Position numbers and translations under genes: made by a program. Shown here piece after piece: positions 1-10,890 of a stretch of 64,000 bases of DNA (its first letter is position 1; each line of letters starts with the position of its first letter). Origin of the DNA: Camelus dromedarius (Eukaryota); NCBI RefSeq assembly GCF_036321535.1, contig NC_087437.1, positions 116,066,001 to 116,130,000 on the forward strand, read 5' to 3'. A model generated the notes under the pieces. That model had not been told where the DNA came from and did not search any database. It saw only the letters and a program-made list of their open reading frames with translations.

Positions 1-589
1 TAATGCATCATCTACCAAATGTATTTAACCATAGAATTCCCTCCCTGTTTCTGATTGAGATGTCTATTAAGACCTCACAGAATATGTTGTGTGGGAAACA
101 TTAATGAACCATTCGACCCAGTATCACATGGGCTGCATGACAAGTGGCTGGATGATCTAAGGAAAGACCAAAGTAGAGAAGAAAGATGCCACAATGTGAG
201 CAGCTCACTGGCCAGCACTCTCACTGGCTAAAAATTGCTAAAAAAAAAAATGTCTGATGCTACCGAAGGTGAAAAACACAGGTGACTAAGGGAGAAGGGC
301 GAGCAGGAAGAGAGAAAGGAGCAGAGAGTGAGGTGCGGGGAGAGGAGGCAGGTCTGTGGAGGTCGGCACGTACTGGGGCTGTACCGGCTGCGTTCACCCC
401 TTGCTCATTTAAATGTGCACAGTTTAACCTGATGTTATTTCTGTCCTTCCAGCTGAGAAAATGGAGGCTCACGACCACACAGCTGATAAGCAGTGGTTCT
501 GGGGCTGGCGCTGTTCTCGCGACTCCAAGCAGAGCGAGCGAGGGAGCGAGCAGTGGTTTCCAGTAGATTCTGAGGTGGCACAGAGCTGC

Positions 590-632
590 CTGCAGAAAGC
601 AAGTGCTTTACCACTGAGCTATACCCTCCCCC
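590..632 (-). mobile_element. Vic-1-type tRNA-derived SINE, 5' (A-box) fragment
   Basis: Reverse complement reads GGGGAGGGTATAGCTCAGTGGTAAAGCACTTGCTT, matching the 5' end of the full copy at 19545-19688; no clear B box or tail. Confidence 0.7.
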
Positions 633-954
633 GAATGATTCCTTATTTTTAAACTAAAACCTAAACACATTTTATCATAAAATATAACATCATGACTTTT
701 TTTTATAAGATTAATACATGTTTATTGTATAAAACCTAAAATGTAGCCTTAAAACAAAGCAGGAGAGGCAAAGATTGGTGGATGTTTATAAGAAGCATGC
801 TTTTGAGAATGACCTTTCTAAAAATTAACTTCTGTTCAAAAAGCACTGTTTTCTTAGACATCATCCTGTGGGTATAGGTTAGGATTTATAAGAAAAATTG
901 TTAAAACAGAAAGGTTTGTGTTTTCATAGGATTCATCTTTTTGAAATATAAATA

Positions 955-1170
955 AATTTTTAAAATTTGAAATAATTTTAGATTTATAGAGAAATTGCAA
1001 AGACAGTGTAGTTTCCCTGGATACCACTCACCAAGTTTTAGCTTCCCCTAACATTAAACTCTCACATTAACGTTGACATTAACATTATTTCATATTCCTA
1101 TCATACGTTTGCAAACTTAAGAAACCAGCGTGGGTCCATTACTACAAACGAAACTGATCAGACTTTATTT
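955..1170 (-). mobile_element. L1 3' UTR fragment (L1MC4/L1MD-like)
   Basis: TTTGAAATAATTTTAGATTTATAGAGAAATTGCAAAGACAG... resembles an old L1 3' end and the element starting at 52857. Confidence 0.65.
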
Positions 1171-1444
1171 GAACATAGATTTACTTTTAGATAAACTGCA
1201 ACACTTCCTGCCACATCCATTTTCCAGAAGAGTTACTAAAGATTTTAAGTTTTCTGTCTCTCATTCTTGAATACAATATTTATGTTGCTACTCACCTGAC
1301 TTAAATCATCTGTCTCACATTTCTGGAACTCACTTCTACTGTGAAAGAATGCTTCCTATGATTATCAGGTAAGTTCTTTTATATGCAGAATAACTAAGCC
1401 ACAATCCAGTAGGCTCTCCTCATAATAATTATAGTCATCTTTTA

Positions 1445-1612
1445 AAAAAATTTTCATTGAGGAATAAGTCAATGTATATATTATATAAATTTCAGGTGTA
1501 TAACATAGGGATTCAGAGTTTTTAAAGGTCATGCTCCATTTATAGTTATTATAAAATACTGTCTATATTCCCTGTGCCGTGGAATATGTCCTTGTAGCTT
1601 ATTTATTTTATC
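1445..1612 (-). mobile_element. L1 3' end fragment (cetartiodactyl type)
   Basis: TTTCAGGTGTATAACATAGGGATTCA...TATATTCCCTGTGCCGTGGAATATGTCCTTGTAGCTTATTTATTTT is the reverse of the L1 3' UTR seen at about 16900-17000. Confidence 0.75.
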
Positions 1613-1711
1613 TTCATCCTAGGATCCTAAGGAAGTGAATTCTTAAATGCCTTTGTTTTCTTCTTCTTCTTTTTTAACTTCTATATTATTATAGTAAGAA
1701 GAAAGAGAAGC

Positions 1712-1930
1712 TGTATCAGTCAGAGTCCTGGAAGGAAACAGATGACACGCTTGGATGAGGTGATTGAGGACACTCTAGTAAGATGTCTGTTTACAAAGCT
1801 GAAGGCAAACTGAAGGAGACCCTCAAGGACAGAGTGACTTTCTGGAGCAGTAACGGGGGCTGTGGTGACCCTCCCTGCCCCAGCTCGAAGGGGCGGGGGA
1901 GGAGTAGTTGCAAGAAATGATGGCAACATT
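1712..1930. mobile_element. Ancient ERVL/MaLR-type LTR fragment
   Basis: TGTATCAGTCAGAGTCCTGGAAGGAAACAGATGACAC...GTTTACAAAG resembles an old LTR terminus; subfamily not determined. Confidence 0.5.
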
Positions 1931-4900
1931 GATGCACCAGGGAGTCCGCAGAGAAGTCTGTATTCTGTTCTGCAACAGACTTTAAAAGCCATTTAACTGC
2001 AACTGTTTATGTCATTCAGTCTAGACGCTGTTGTCCACGTCAGCTGTGCAGAGCTGAACAAAGGGAGAAAGCAAAAGAAGAGAAGAGAAGAGTAACATGT
2101 CTGGTTCAACTTTAGGGTTGTGATTCCCCTGCCGTTCCCAGTAAATGCTGAGCCGAGGGCAGCTGTGGCAGAGCGTTGCTGGTTTCTAGGATGAGGATGG
2201 TCAGCGTCTCTGCTGCAGGACCAGCAGTCGCAGCCTCACTGTGTTAGCCGCCCTGTGAGGGCGTGCTGCTACCTCGGGCATCCTCCGCTCTGGATGCTGG
2301 TTTTGTGTTTGGGTTTGTCCTTTTTCTTTGTTTATGTGATTAGTAGTTGTTTCCTGCCTGGGAGCACCGTAAGCACCTGAACGTCCTCAGTTTCTATCTA
2401 TTTCTTCATGTTTGGGTTGAAAGAATTCCTAGCTATATTCTTCATCAGAATGTGTGTGTATGTAGGCTTGATCTCATGAAGTCCACCACGAATTTCGGAG
2501 ATTTCTTTTTTGATCTCCAGCATGCAGACATGGATTTTTAAATCATCATTCCAACCAGGAAGAATACACTCAAGTGCACATCCAGACGACTGATGGGCTA
2601 GAGGAAGAAGACTGCATTCTTTCTCCCTTCATTTATTCACATGCTTTTGTTTTAACAAAGATATTTTGGACCCAATAATTGCTAAACTGGCCGAAACTCC
2701 ACTTTGATGCTCACAATTAAAAAGAAAAAATTGGAGGACAGGTATTTATGCACTAGCTCTTAGATCCTTCAGCGCAGGGAGGGGGTTTGGGTGGAGTCTC
2801 GTCTTCGTGATTCTCCTTCCTTATTTGTAAACCTTTTGGCGCAGCCCCTCTGAACCTGGAGGGTGGGCAGAGACGAGTGACTGAGGGGGACGGGACACTC
2901 TTCCTTACCAGGCACTGCTGCAAGCTGCCGTCTTGCCCTCTGGAGTTGGACAACCTGTAAAGCTAACGCATTTCTCCAGTGAGTTGCTTTTGTTCAGAGA
3001 TTGTTCTTTTGCTGAGCAATCTCCTCCCACGACTCATCACTGACTCTGAAGACCCCTAGAACCCTCGATCCCTGTGGCTGCCCGCCCCCCGCACTGCACC
3101 CCAGTTACAGGGGTCCCTGGCACGCCTTTCTCCTGATCCCTCTGGCCTCTCTCACTAGGTTCTGGGTGAGGGGCAGCCACCCCCACCCGTCAGCCTTGGG
3201 GTAAAACTCACAGGGTAGCTCAGTCCTAAGAAAGTCTCTTCAAAATACTTCCTGTCTCCACTCCCACCTGCCACTCTTTTATGTCTGTGGTGTTGAGAGA
3301 TTCATGAGTGTTGTCTTTGCTTGTAGTTTGGGGTTAAATCCATTGAGATTTACTTCTGGCATTTCAGTTTGGAACCACACATCTACTGTACCTTGGAGGT
3401 ACATTTAAACATCTTGCTAGATTTGTTTGTTCCTTTATTGCTTACTCATGATATATCCTTCAATTACTTCTCAAAGGGATTTGGGATGATTGAGGATATA
3501 AATTCATATTTTGTTGACCAGTTTCAAATGAAGTCATAGACTTATTGATTCAGTCTTCATCCCCTAAAAACCACTGCATCCTCGTGTGAAATGACTTTGA
3601 TGTTCCTCATGGTTCCTCAGAGACACCAATGCAGGCGCTCAAGAGAGTGGAAAACATGTCTATAGGAAATATAGTTCTTAAAGCATTATTTAAGATCACT
3701 GAGTTTTAACTAGGTATATTCCAGAGCCATCAATAGAGTTGAATAGCCCCAGGCTAGGATCCGCCCCCTGGCATTCTATTCTGGTGTATCTGGAGTCTTT
3801 CTAGTATATGTCGATATTTACATTGAGAAAATTAAAGCTGCACAGGTGACTCTGATACATGCCCTGGTTAGTCTCTTCCCTCCACAAATCATATCTCCTC
3901 TAATTGATCTTACCTGTAGGACCAAGCTTCCTTCTTTTTTTCTTTTTTTTTTAAAATCTAGAAGTATGCAAATAAAATGGAACACCCCCCCCCCCCCGTG
4001 CCTTGCACATAGTAGGATGTGTTTATTCATTCATCCAATATTTATAATGTTACCTACGAGGTCCCAGGGCCTGGGCTAGTAGGACATCAGAGAGACACAG
4101 GATCCAAATGAAGTCAGAGTCAGTGGCAGGAAGTGGTGAGGCCTTGCTCCAGGGTAGGCTCCCTGTGGAGATTAGTGGTGTGTAATTCATCTCTGGGGTT
4201 AATTTACCCTCCAGGATGGAGTGCTCCATGCAAAGGGCTAGCGTGGAAGGGACCCTACACGTATGCATCCCATTATAGCGTGGTGAATGGCTAATCTGAT
4301 TTTTGAAAGAAAGTCTTTTACTGAGAATTTACTGAAATCCAGATGGAGGAAAGCTGGAGGGTGAAGATGAGTTGGGGACCTTTCAGAATCATCCTGATCT
4401 CAGGAAACAAGCTTCCATTCAAAGATGAGGATGAGGGAAGGGAAACCAGAGTATTGATTCAAAATGCATTGTAGAAGGAAATTACCCAAGTCTCGAGATG
4501 TTTCTCAGTCTCTAAGGTTTCTGATCTTTCTTTCATCTGCTGTCAATCAGTTTAAGCTTTGTGTTCACATGATGTCTCAACAAATCAATTCAGTTTTTTA
4601 AAATGGTGAGAAACATAGAAATATATATTAATTACAGCAAAACAAGCCATGCAGAGAGAGCCTCAGATGGACTGTGCTATTTGTCCCAGTGAAAGGTTTG
4701 CTAAGGATGGTAAATCAGTTGGAGACTCCAGTGTGGCTAGGACAGCCCTGCCGAATTATAAGCGAACGGCCCATTTTGTGTACTTCAGTCCTTACCTGCC
4801 AATTCTAATGAAAAATGTCCTCCCCCTCCAACTACATTGTTCGCGTCTTTCTCTGGACTGATTTTTACCTCCGTTCTCAATGCTCTCCTTGTTTTTGTCT

Positions 4901-5529
4901 TGCAAGCTTAATTAAGGTTTAAGGTGGGCAGACGTTGCTGAAGACAGTGATCTCTTTTTAATAACGTGTCGCAGTGGGAAGCTGGCCTCTGAGGAAGTGC
5001 AAAACCAGGAGGCATTTTGTCCGGTGGTGAAGTGATTCAAGGACCAATTTAGATTTTGTTGAAATTACAGTAACATTTTAGAAAATGACGCATATAACAC
5101 AAATGACGCATGCAAATGCAAGCATGAGGGTGCAGGAGCCCTTGGCCATCTGTGTTCACCAAACAAGTGTCCATTTCTGTGAATATAAAGGATGCTTTGA
5201 GGACTGGGAGTGCTGGTCACACTGTGTTGGATTAATGCCTAGAATCTTCTGATTATTTTTAAATACAGTGACTTAGAACAGCAAACTTTTGTTTCCCTTT
5301 GTCACTTGTATTACACTAGACATTGTATAGTAAAGTTTTCACTGTAGAAAAGTTAGAAAATGTTTAAAAAATTGCCCCTATAGCACCACTTATCAAGAAC
5401 CACTATAAATAATTTGGTTTATTTTGCTATATAATTAGTTAAAAGGGTACCATATTCTGTACTATTTTTTATCTGTTTAGTTCACTGACAAAGATCTCAT
5501 GGAGCAGTCCCTTTAAAATAAAAGCAATT

Positions 5530-5830
5530 CCATTCCAGCTGTATTAACTGAACATCTACTATGTACAAGGCACTTGAGATACTTAGGATTTAATGGGGAG
5601 CAAAACTGCTCTCACGGAACCTATAGTTCAGGGGAAGAGACCGTCCTTCATGAAGGGTCACTCTAGATGTTGTTACAAACTGTGATAATTGTGGGAAAGA
5701 AGCAAGGAGTATATGATGAGAGGCTAAAATGGGCGGTGGGGCTGAAGTAATTAAGACGGTCAAGGAGGTTCCCCATGAGGAGGGGAGCTTGGAGCTGGTA
5801 TCTTAGGAGTCTGTTGGAGATAGCTTGGGA
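5530..5830 (-). mobile_element. L2 3' fragment
   Basis: TTAACTGAACATCTACTATGTACAAGGCAC...CTCTCACGGAACCTATAGTTCAGGGG is the typical reverse-complemented L2 tail. Confidence 0.6.
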
Positions 5831-6364
5831 AGAGCTAGTCAGTCAAGACAGTGATGATCCCACACTTATCTTCCACATTTCAGGTGCTGTTTCAAACCTG
5901 CCTGGCTACAATCTTAGTATTGTAAGCTCAGCCCCCTTCTTTCTCTCCTACCCCTTTGACCCCTTTCCTCTCTTCCTGAGATCCACGAGTCTAGATCCAT
6001 GTCTTCTTTACTGGCCTGGCTCCCTTGCTTCACATGTCTCTGCATCTCTGTCTGATGATGCGTCCTTCTTCAACACAGGTAGCCCCAGTGCTGAGTCATT
6101 TCTTCATTGGGAATCCTGTGTTAGGAGAGAAATTTTCTATCTTCATCACCAATTGCAGGAGGCCAAGAAAATTTTGTTCAGTGAAATATGTGGTGTGATT
6201 GTGAGGCCCCCTTGATTGCAGGAGAAGAACTTTCTTCCGACAGAATCAGAGTCAAATTCGCCCAGCAGTTATTGGCTGATGCTGCCATTGTGAGTGAGAG
6301 GTAGGGTCTGCCAGGGCCACTGATGTGCATCTGAACAGCACTTGTCACCCTTGTCTGGGAAGAC

Positions 6365-7125
6365 CTGGCTCGTCCTCTTCCTAGATGTGTACTTGGGCAG
6401 GTTGCTGAATCTGCTGACCTGAGTTTTCTCATAAAAAATGTAGAGATGATGATAACTGGTGTTGGTTTTTGTCATGTTGTCTGCTCAGCACCTCTTCCCT
6501 TGGGGAGTGGTCCTACACCATCTGGCACTGGAGAAGCTGCCAATCACCAGAGACACCTCTCTGGCTACACAGGTAGTTATAAGTAACTCAGATTTGGCCA
6601 AGGACAGTGCCCTGGGCTGCTAACCACTGTGACCAGCCTCAGGCTGGGAATGTGACTCAGGTGGGCCAAGTCCTCTGGGGTATCACTTGTAGTGAGAGAG
6701 ACAGACTCAGCCTTTCTTCTTGAATCAAGAACTAAAGGGATCTGTGGGCAGCTGTGTTTCCTATCACAAAGGGGAAATCCTGCCCAGTGTAGGAAAGAAT
6801 AAACCAAAAACAGCCAAATGTAGGTGAGAGGGGGAGAGAGAGAGAAAAAAGAGGGGGTGGTACCAGGATCATGATGCTGTAGGAGACCCTTGTCATCTCC
6901 AAGGCCACCTTCACCTCTACACTTCCCTATTATGTCTTTTTTTTTAATGCTTTTTTTTTTAATTGGTATTAGTTTTGGTTGGGTTTCCATTACTGAAAAT
7001 AAAAGCTAAAAATATCTTGGCTAAATAAAATATCTACTTTATAGAGTTGTGAGAAGTAAATTAAAATTTGTATTTTGTTAAGTGCTTAATCAGCACAGCA
7101 CCTGGAGAATGGCAAGTACTTAATA
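6365..7125 (+). mobile_element. MIR SINE split by an MLT1J/K-type LTR (LTR about 6459-7015)
   Basis: MIR core (CTAGATGTGTACTTGGGCAGGTTGCTGAATCT...GAGTTTTCTCAT) stops near 6458 and resumes near 7033 (ATAGAGTTGTGAGAAGTAAATTAA...AAGTGCTTA). The intervening sequence ends TAGTTTTGGTTGGGTTTCCATTACT, like an MLT1 3' end. Confidence 0.6.
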
Positions 7126-7166
7126 CCTTATGACTAATTGTATTGATAGGACTTGTCTACTTCTTA

Positions 7167-7337
7167 GAACCTGGGTAGTAAAGTTGGTCCCTGTGACCTG
7201 GCAGCATCGGCATCACTCAGGGGCCTGTTAGAAAGGCTGAATCTTGGTTCCCATCTATGATCTGCTCAGCCGGAATATGCATTTTGCAAGGTCCATGCAT
7301 GAGTTGTATGCAAAATAAACTGTGAAAAGCACTGGCC
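7167..7337. mobile_element. MER5-type hAT-Charlie MITE
   Basis: GGCAGCATCGGCATCACTCAGGGGCCTGTTAGAAAGGCTGAATCTTGG...TGCATTTTGCAAG...TGAAAAGCACTG are MER5A/B hallmarks. Confidence 0.75.
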
Positions 7338-7341
7338 TGTA

Positions 7342-8580
7342 TATGGTGAAGGTTTTTAGATATAGCATCAAAGGCACAATCCATGAAATAAATCATTGAT
7401 AAGCTAGATTTCATTGAAATAAAAAAATTTCTGCCTTGCAAAAGACAATGTCATGGGAATAGGAAGACAAGCCAGAGGTTGGGAGAAAATATTTGCAAAA
7501 GACACATTTGATAAAGGACTGTTATCCAATATATATGAAGAAGTCAAAACTCAATGACAAGAAACCAAACAACCCAATTAAAAAGTGGGCCAATGACTTA
7601 ATCATCAAAGAATATACACAAATGGCAAATGAGCATATGAAAAGATGCTCTGCATCATATGTCATCAGGGGAATTCAAATTAGTATGACAGGATACCACT
7701 ACACACCTATTAGAATGGCCAAAATCTGAACACTGACACCTGACACCGAATGCTGGTGAGGATGTGAAGCAACAGGCACTCTCATTCATTGCTGGTGGGA
7801 ATACAAGATGGTGCAGTCACTTTGGAAGACACTTTGGTGGTTTCTCACAAAACTAAACATACTGCTACCACTCAATCCAGCAATCACACTCCTTGGTATT
7901 TACCTAAAGGAGTTGAAGACTTATGTCCATGCAAAAACCTGCATATGGTGTCTATAGCAGTTTTATTCATGGTTGCCAAAACTTGGAAGCGATCAAGAAG
8001 TCCTTCGGTAGATGAATGGATTAGTAAAATGTGGTATATCCAGACAATAAAATATTATACAGCAATAAAAAAGATATATCAAACCATAAAAAGACATGGA
8101 AGAATCTTAAATACATATTACTAAGTGAAATAAGTCAACCTAAAAAGGCTATATACTTTATGATTTCAACTATATGACATTCTGGAAAGGGCAAATCTGT
8201 GGAGACAGTAAAAAAATCAACAGTTGTCAATGATTCAAAGGGTGGGGAGGGGTGAATAGATGGAGCACAGAAAATTTTTAGGGCAGTGAAACTATTATAG
8301 ATGACACTACAATTATGGATACATGTCATTATTAATTTTATTAAAATCCATAGAACATACAACATCTAAAGTAAGCTACGGACTTTGGATGATTACAATG
8401 TGTTAATCCAGGCTCATCAATTGTAACTAGTGTACCCCTCTGGTGGAGGATGCCGATGATGAGGGTGGCTATGCCTGTGCAAGGGCAGGGGGTATGTAGG
8501 GAGTCTCCTTCCCTTGCTTTGAATTTTGCTGTGAGAACAGAATTGCTGAAACTACTTTAAAAAATGTCTTAAACAAACAA
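7342..8580 (+). mobile_element. 5'-truncated L1 (L1MC1-like): decayed ORF2 C-terminus plus 3' UTR
   Basis: The ORF track shows L1 ORF2 remnants (KKPNNPIKKWA, HMKRCS, YHYTPIRMAKI, SVDEWI.KMWYI). The 3' UTR contains GGACTTTGGATGATTACAATGTG...AATTTTGCTGTGA and an A-rich end. Confidence 0.85.
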
Positions 8581-8596
8581 AAACACTGGCCCAGTA

Positions 8597-9680
8597 ACAC
8601 CAGAATCACAGGGAACAAAAGTAAAACCAGACAAATTAGACCATGTCAAAAAAAAAAAAAACTTTCATGTGTAAAAGGACACAATCCACAGAGTGAAAGG
8701 GCAACTTACAAGGTGGGAGAAAATATGTATAAATCATGTATCCAATAGGGAGTTAATAGTCAAAATATTTAAGGAACTCCTATGACTCAATAACAAAAAA
8801 CTCTGATAACCCAATTAAAAATGAGCAAAAACTGGAATAGACATTTCTCCAAAGATGATATACCAATGGCCAATGACCACATGAAAAGATGCTCAATGTC
8901 ACTGATCATTAGGGAAAAGCAAGTCAAACCACTATGAGATAGCACCTCATATCCATTGGGATGGCTACTATCAAAAAACTCCAAATGTTTGAAAATAAAA
9001 GCTGGTGATGATGTGGAGAAATAATGGGGGATCCTTGTATATTGCTAGTGGGAATGTGAAATGGTGCGGCTCTGGGGAAGATAGTCTGGCAGTTCCTCAA
9101 AAAATTAAACATGCAATTGCCATATGATCCAGTAGTCCCGCTTTTCAATATATGATAAAAACAAATTGAAAGCAGACACGCAGACTGGTACGTATACACC
9201 CATGTTCACAGCAGCATTATTTACAGTGGTCAAGAGATGGGAGCATCTCAAGTGTTCATGATAGATGAATGGACAAAAAGCGTGCAGTGGAATATCACTG
9301 ACCCTTAAAGAGAAGGGCATTCTGACACTTGCTACAACATGGATGAACCTTGAGGATGTTATACTAAGGGAAAACAGCCAGACACAAAAAGACAAAAACT
9401 ACATGATTCCAGCTAGATGAGGCATCTAGAATAGTAAAATTTATGAAGACAGAAAGTAGAATGATTGGTGCCAGAGGCTGAGGGGAAGGAGGGTGAGAAT
9501 GGGCAGTTGCTGTTTTATGGGTACAGACTTTCAGTTTTGCAAGATGAAAAAATTCTGGAGAATGATTGCACAACAATGTGAATGCACAACACTATTGAAT
9601 TGTACACTTAAAAATGACCAAGATGGTAAATTTTGTTATGCATTTTTTAACTGAAAAGAAAAGATGAATTGCAAAAAAGT
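8597..9680 (+). mobile_element. 5'-truncated L1 (L1MB-like): decayed ORF2 C-terminus plus 3' UTR
   Basis: ACATTTCTCCAAAGATGATATACCAATGGCCAAT...ACATGGATGAACCTTGAGGA...GGGTACAGACTTTCAGTTTTGCAAGATGAAAAAATTCTGGAGA...TGTACACTTAAAAATG. Confidence 0.85.
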
Positions 9681-10448
9681 AAAAGCAACTGGTCAACTGG
9701 GGGTTCTTTGATGAAGGGGTCTGAGGAAAGAAGATGCTACAAGTGTTTGTCCTATTAATTCCAAAAGAGACGCTCAGAAGCGTGGCTCAGAAGTCAGAAA
9801 GTCAATGGGATAGAACAATGACTTCACGGACAAGTTGGCAGTGAGGGTGTCGCTAACAAAGGCTTGACAGCTGGCAATCTGAGTCCGTAACCTGGCTTTC
9901 TCGGAGCTCATGAAAGGCTGTTCTTGCTTTAAGTTTGACTTGGCTCCTTGATAGCTGTTACCTTGCTCTTTACAGTAAATGTCGTCAGAATTACTTTCTG
10001 CCCTAACTAGGGCAGGTTCGCTTCTGGAGTAAACGCAGCCCTCAAAATACAGAGGGGCTCTGTTCCAGAAAAATTCATTTTTAGGTCAGTTGAGTGAAAG
10101 TTTGAAAACAATCCTAGAAACGGTCTTTGAGTTGTCAGCTCTTATGATACAAACCTTAATACCAATGATCTGGAAGTTCTTAGAATTAATTTCATTTACA
10201 GCCAATGGCCATTTCTAATAGGTAGAACCTTCTGCGGTTCAGTGAAGGAAACTGACTGAAAGACGTCTAGGCCCAAGCTCTTTCCTCCCTCTAGGATTCT
10301 GTTCAGTGCAGTACAGATGCAAAGAGTACTTTCCATGCAGACGCCAAAGTATTATATCCATTGTTGTAAAGTGTTTGATACTCACTCAAATGCATGCCTC
10401 CTGGAAAACTTTGATGGGGACACAGGTTTGACTTCAGAGTAGGACCTC

Positions 10449-10890
10449 AGTGGGAGGATGAAAGATGGCTCCCCCAAAAAGGTATCCTAATCTCAGCAAA
10501 TGTTACCTGGTATGGCCATAAAAGAAAAAAAAAAAGAAGAAAAAGAAAAAGAAAAGAAAGAAAAAGAAAAAAGGTCTTTGCAGATGCAATTAAGTTAAGG
10601 ATATTGAGAAGGGCAGATTATCCTGGACTATCCAGGTGGGTCCTAAGTGTAATCACATGTCTTCTTCATAGAAGGGAAGTGGGGGGAGATTTGAAAACAC
10701 ACAGAGGAGAAGGTGACAGGAAAGAGCAGAGAGAGATTTGAAGATGCTGGCTTTGAAGACTGGAGTGCTGCAGCCACAAGTCAAGGAATGTTGGCAGCCC
10801 CAAGGCCGGAAGAAGCAAGGAACAGACTCTCCCCTAGGGCCTCTGGAGGGAACGCAGCCCTGCTGACAAATTGATTGTGGCCCAGCGATC
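10449..10890 (+). mobile_element. MaLR LTR (MLT1C/D-like), 3' end missing, with internal A/GA-rich expansion at 10519-10572
   Basis: CTTTGCAGATGCAATTAAGTTAAGGATATTGAGA...GATTATCCTGGACTATCCAGGTGGG...CAGCCACAAGTCAAGGAATG...CAGCCCTGCTGACA. Confidence 0.8.

Noticed and set aside
1228..1374. Plus-strand exon (TTTTCCAG acceptor, CAG/GTAAGT donor, 141 bp)
   Set aside because: Stops in all three frames, AT-rich and wedged between L1 fragments, with no partner exon; most likely a pseudo-exon.
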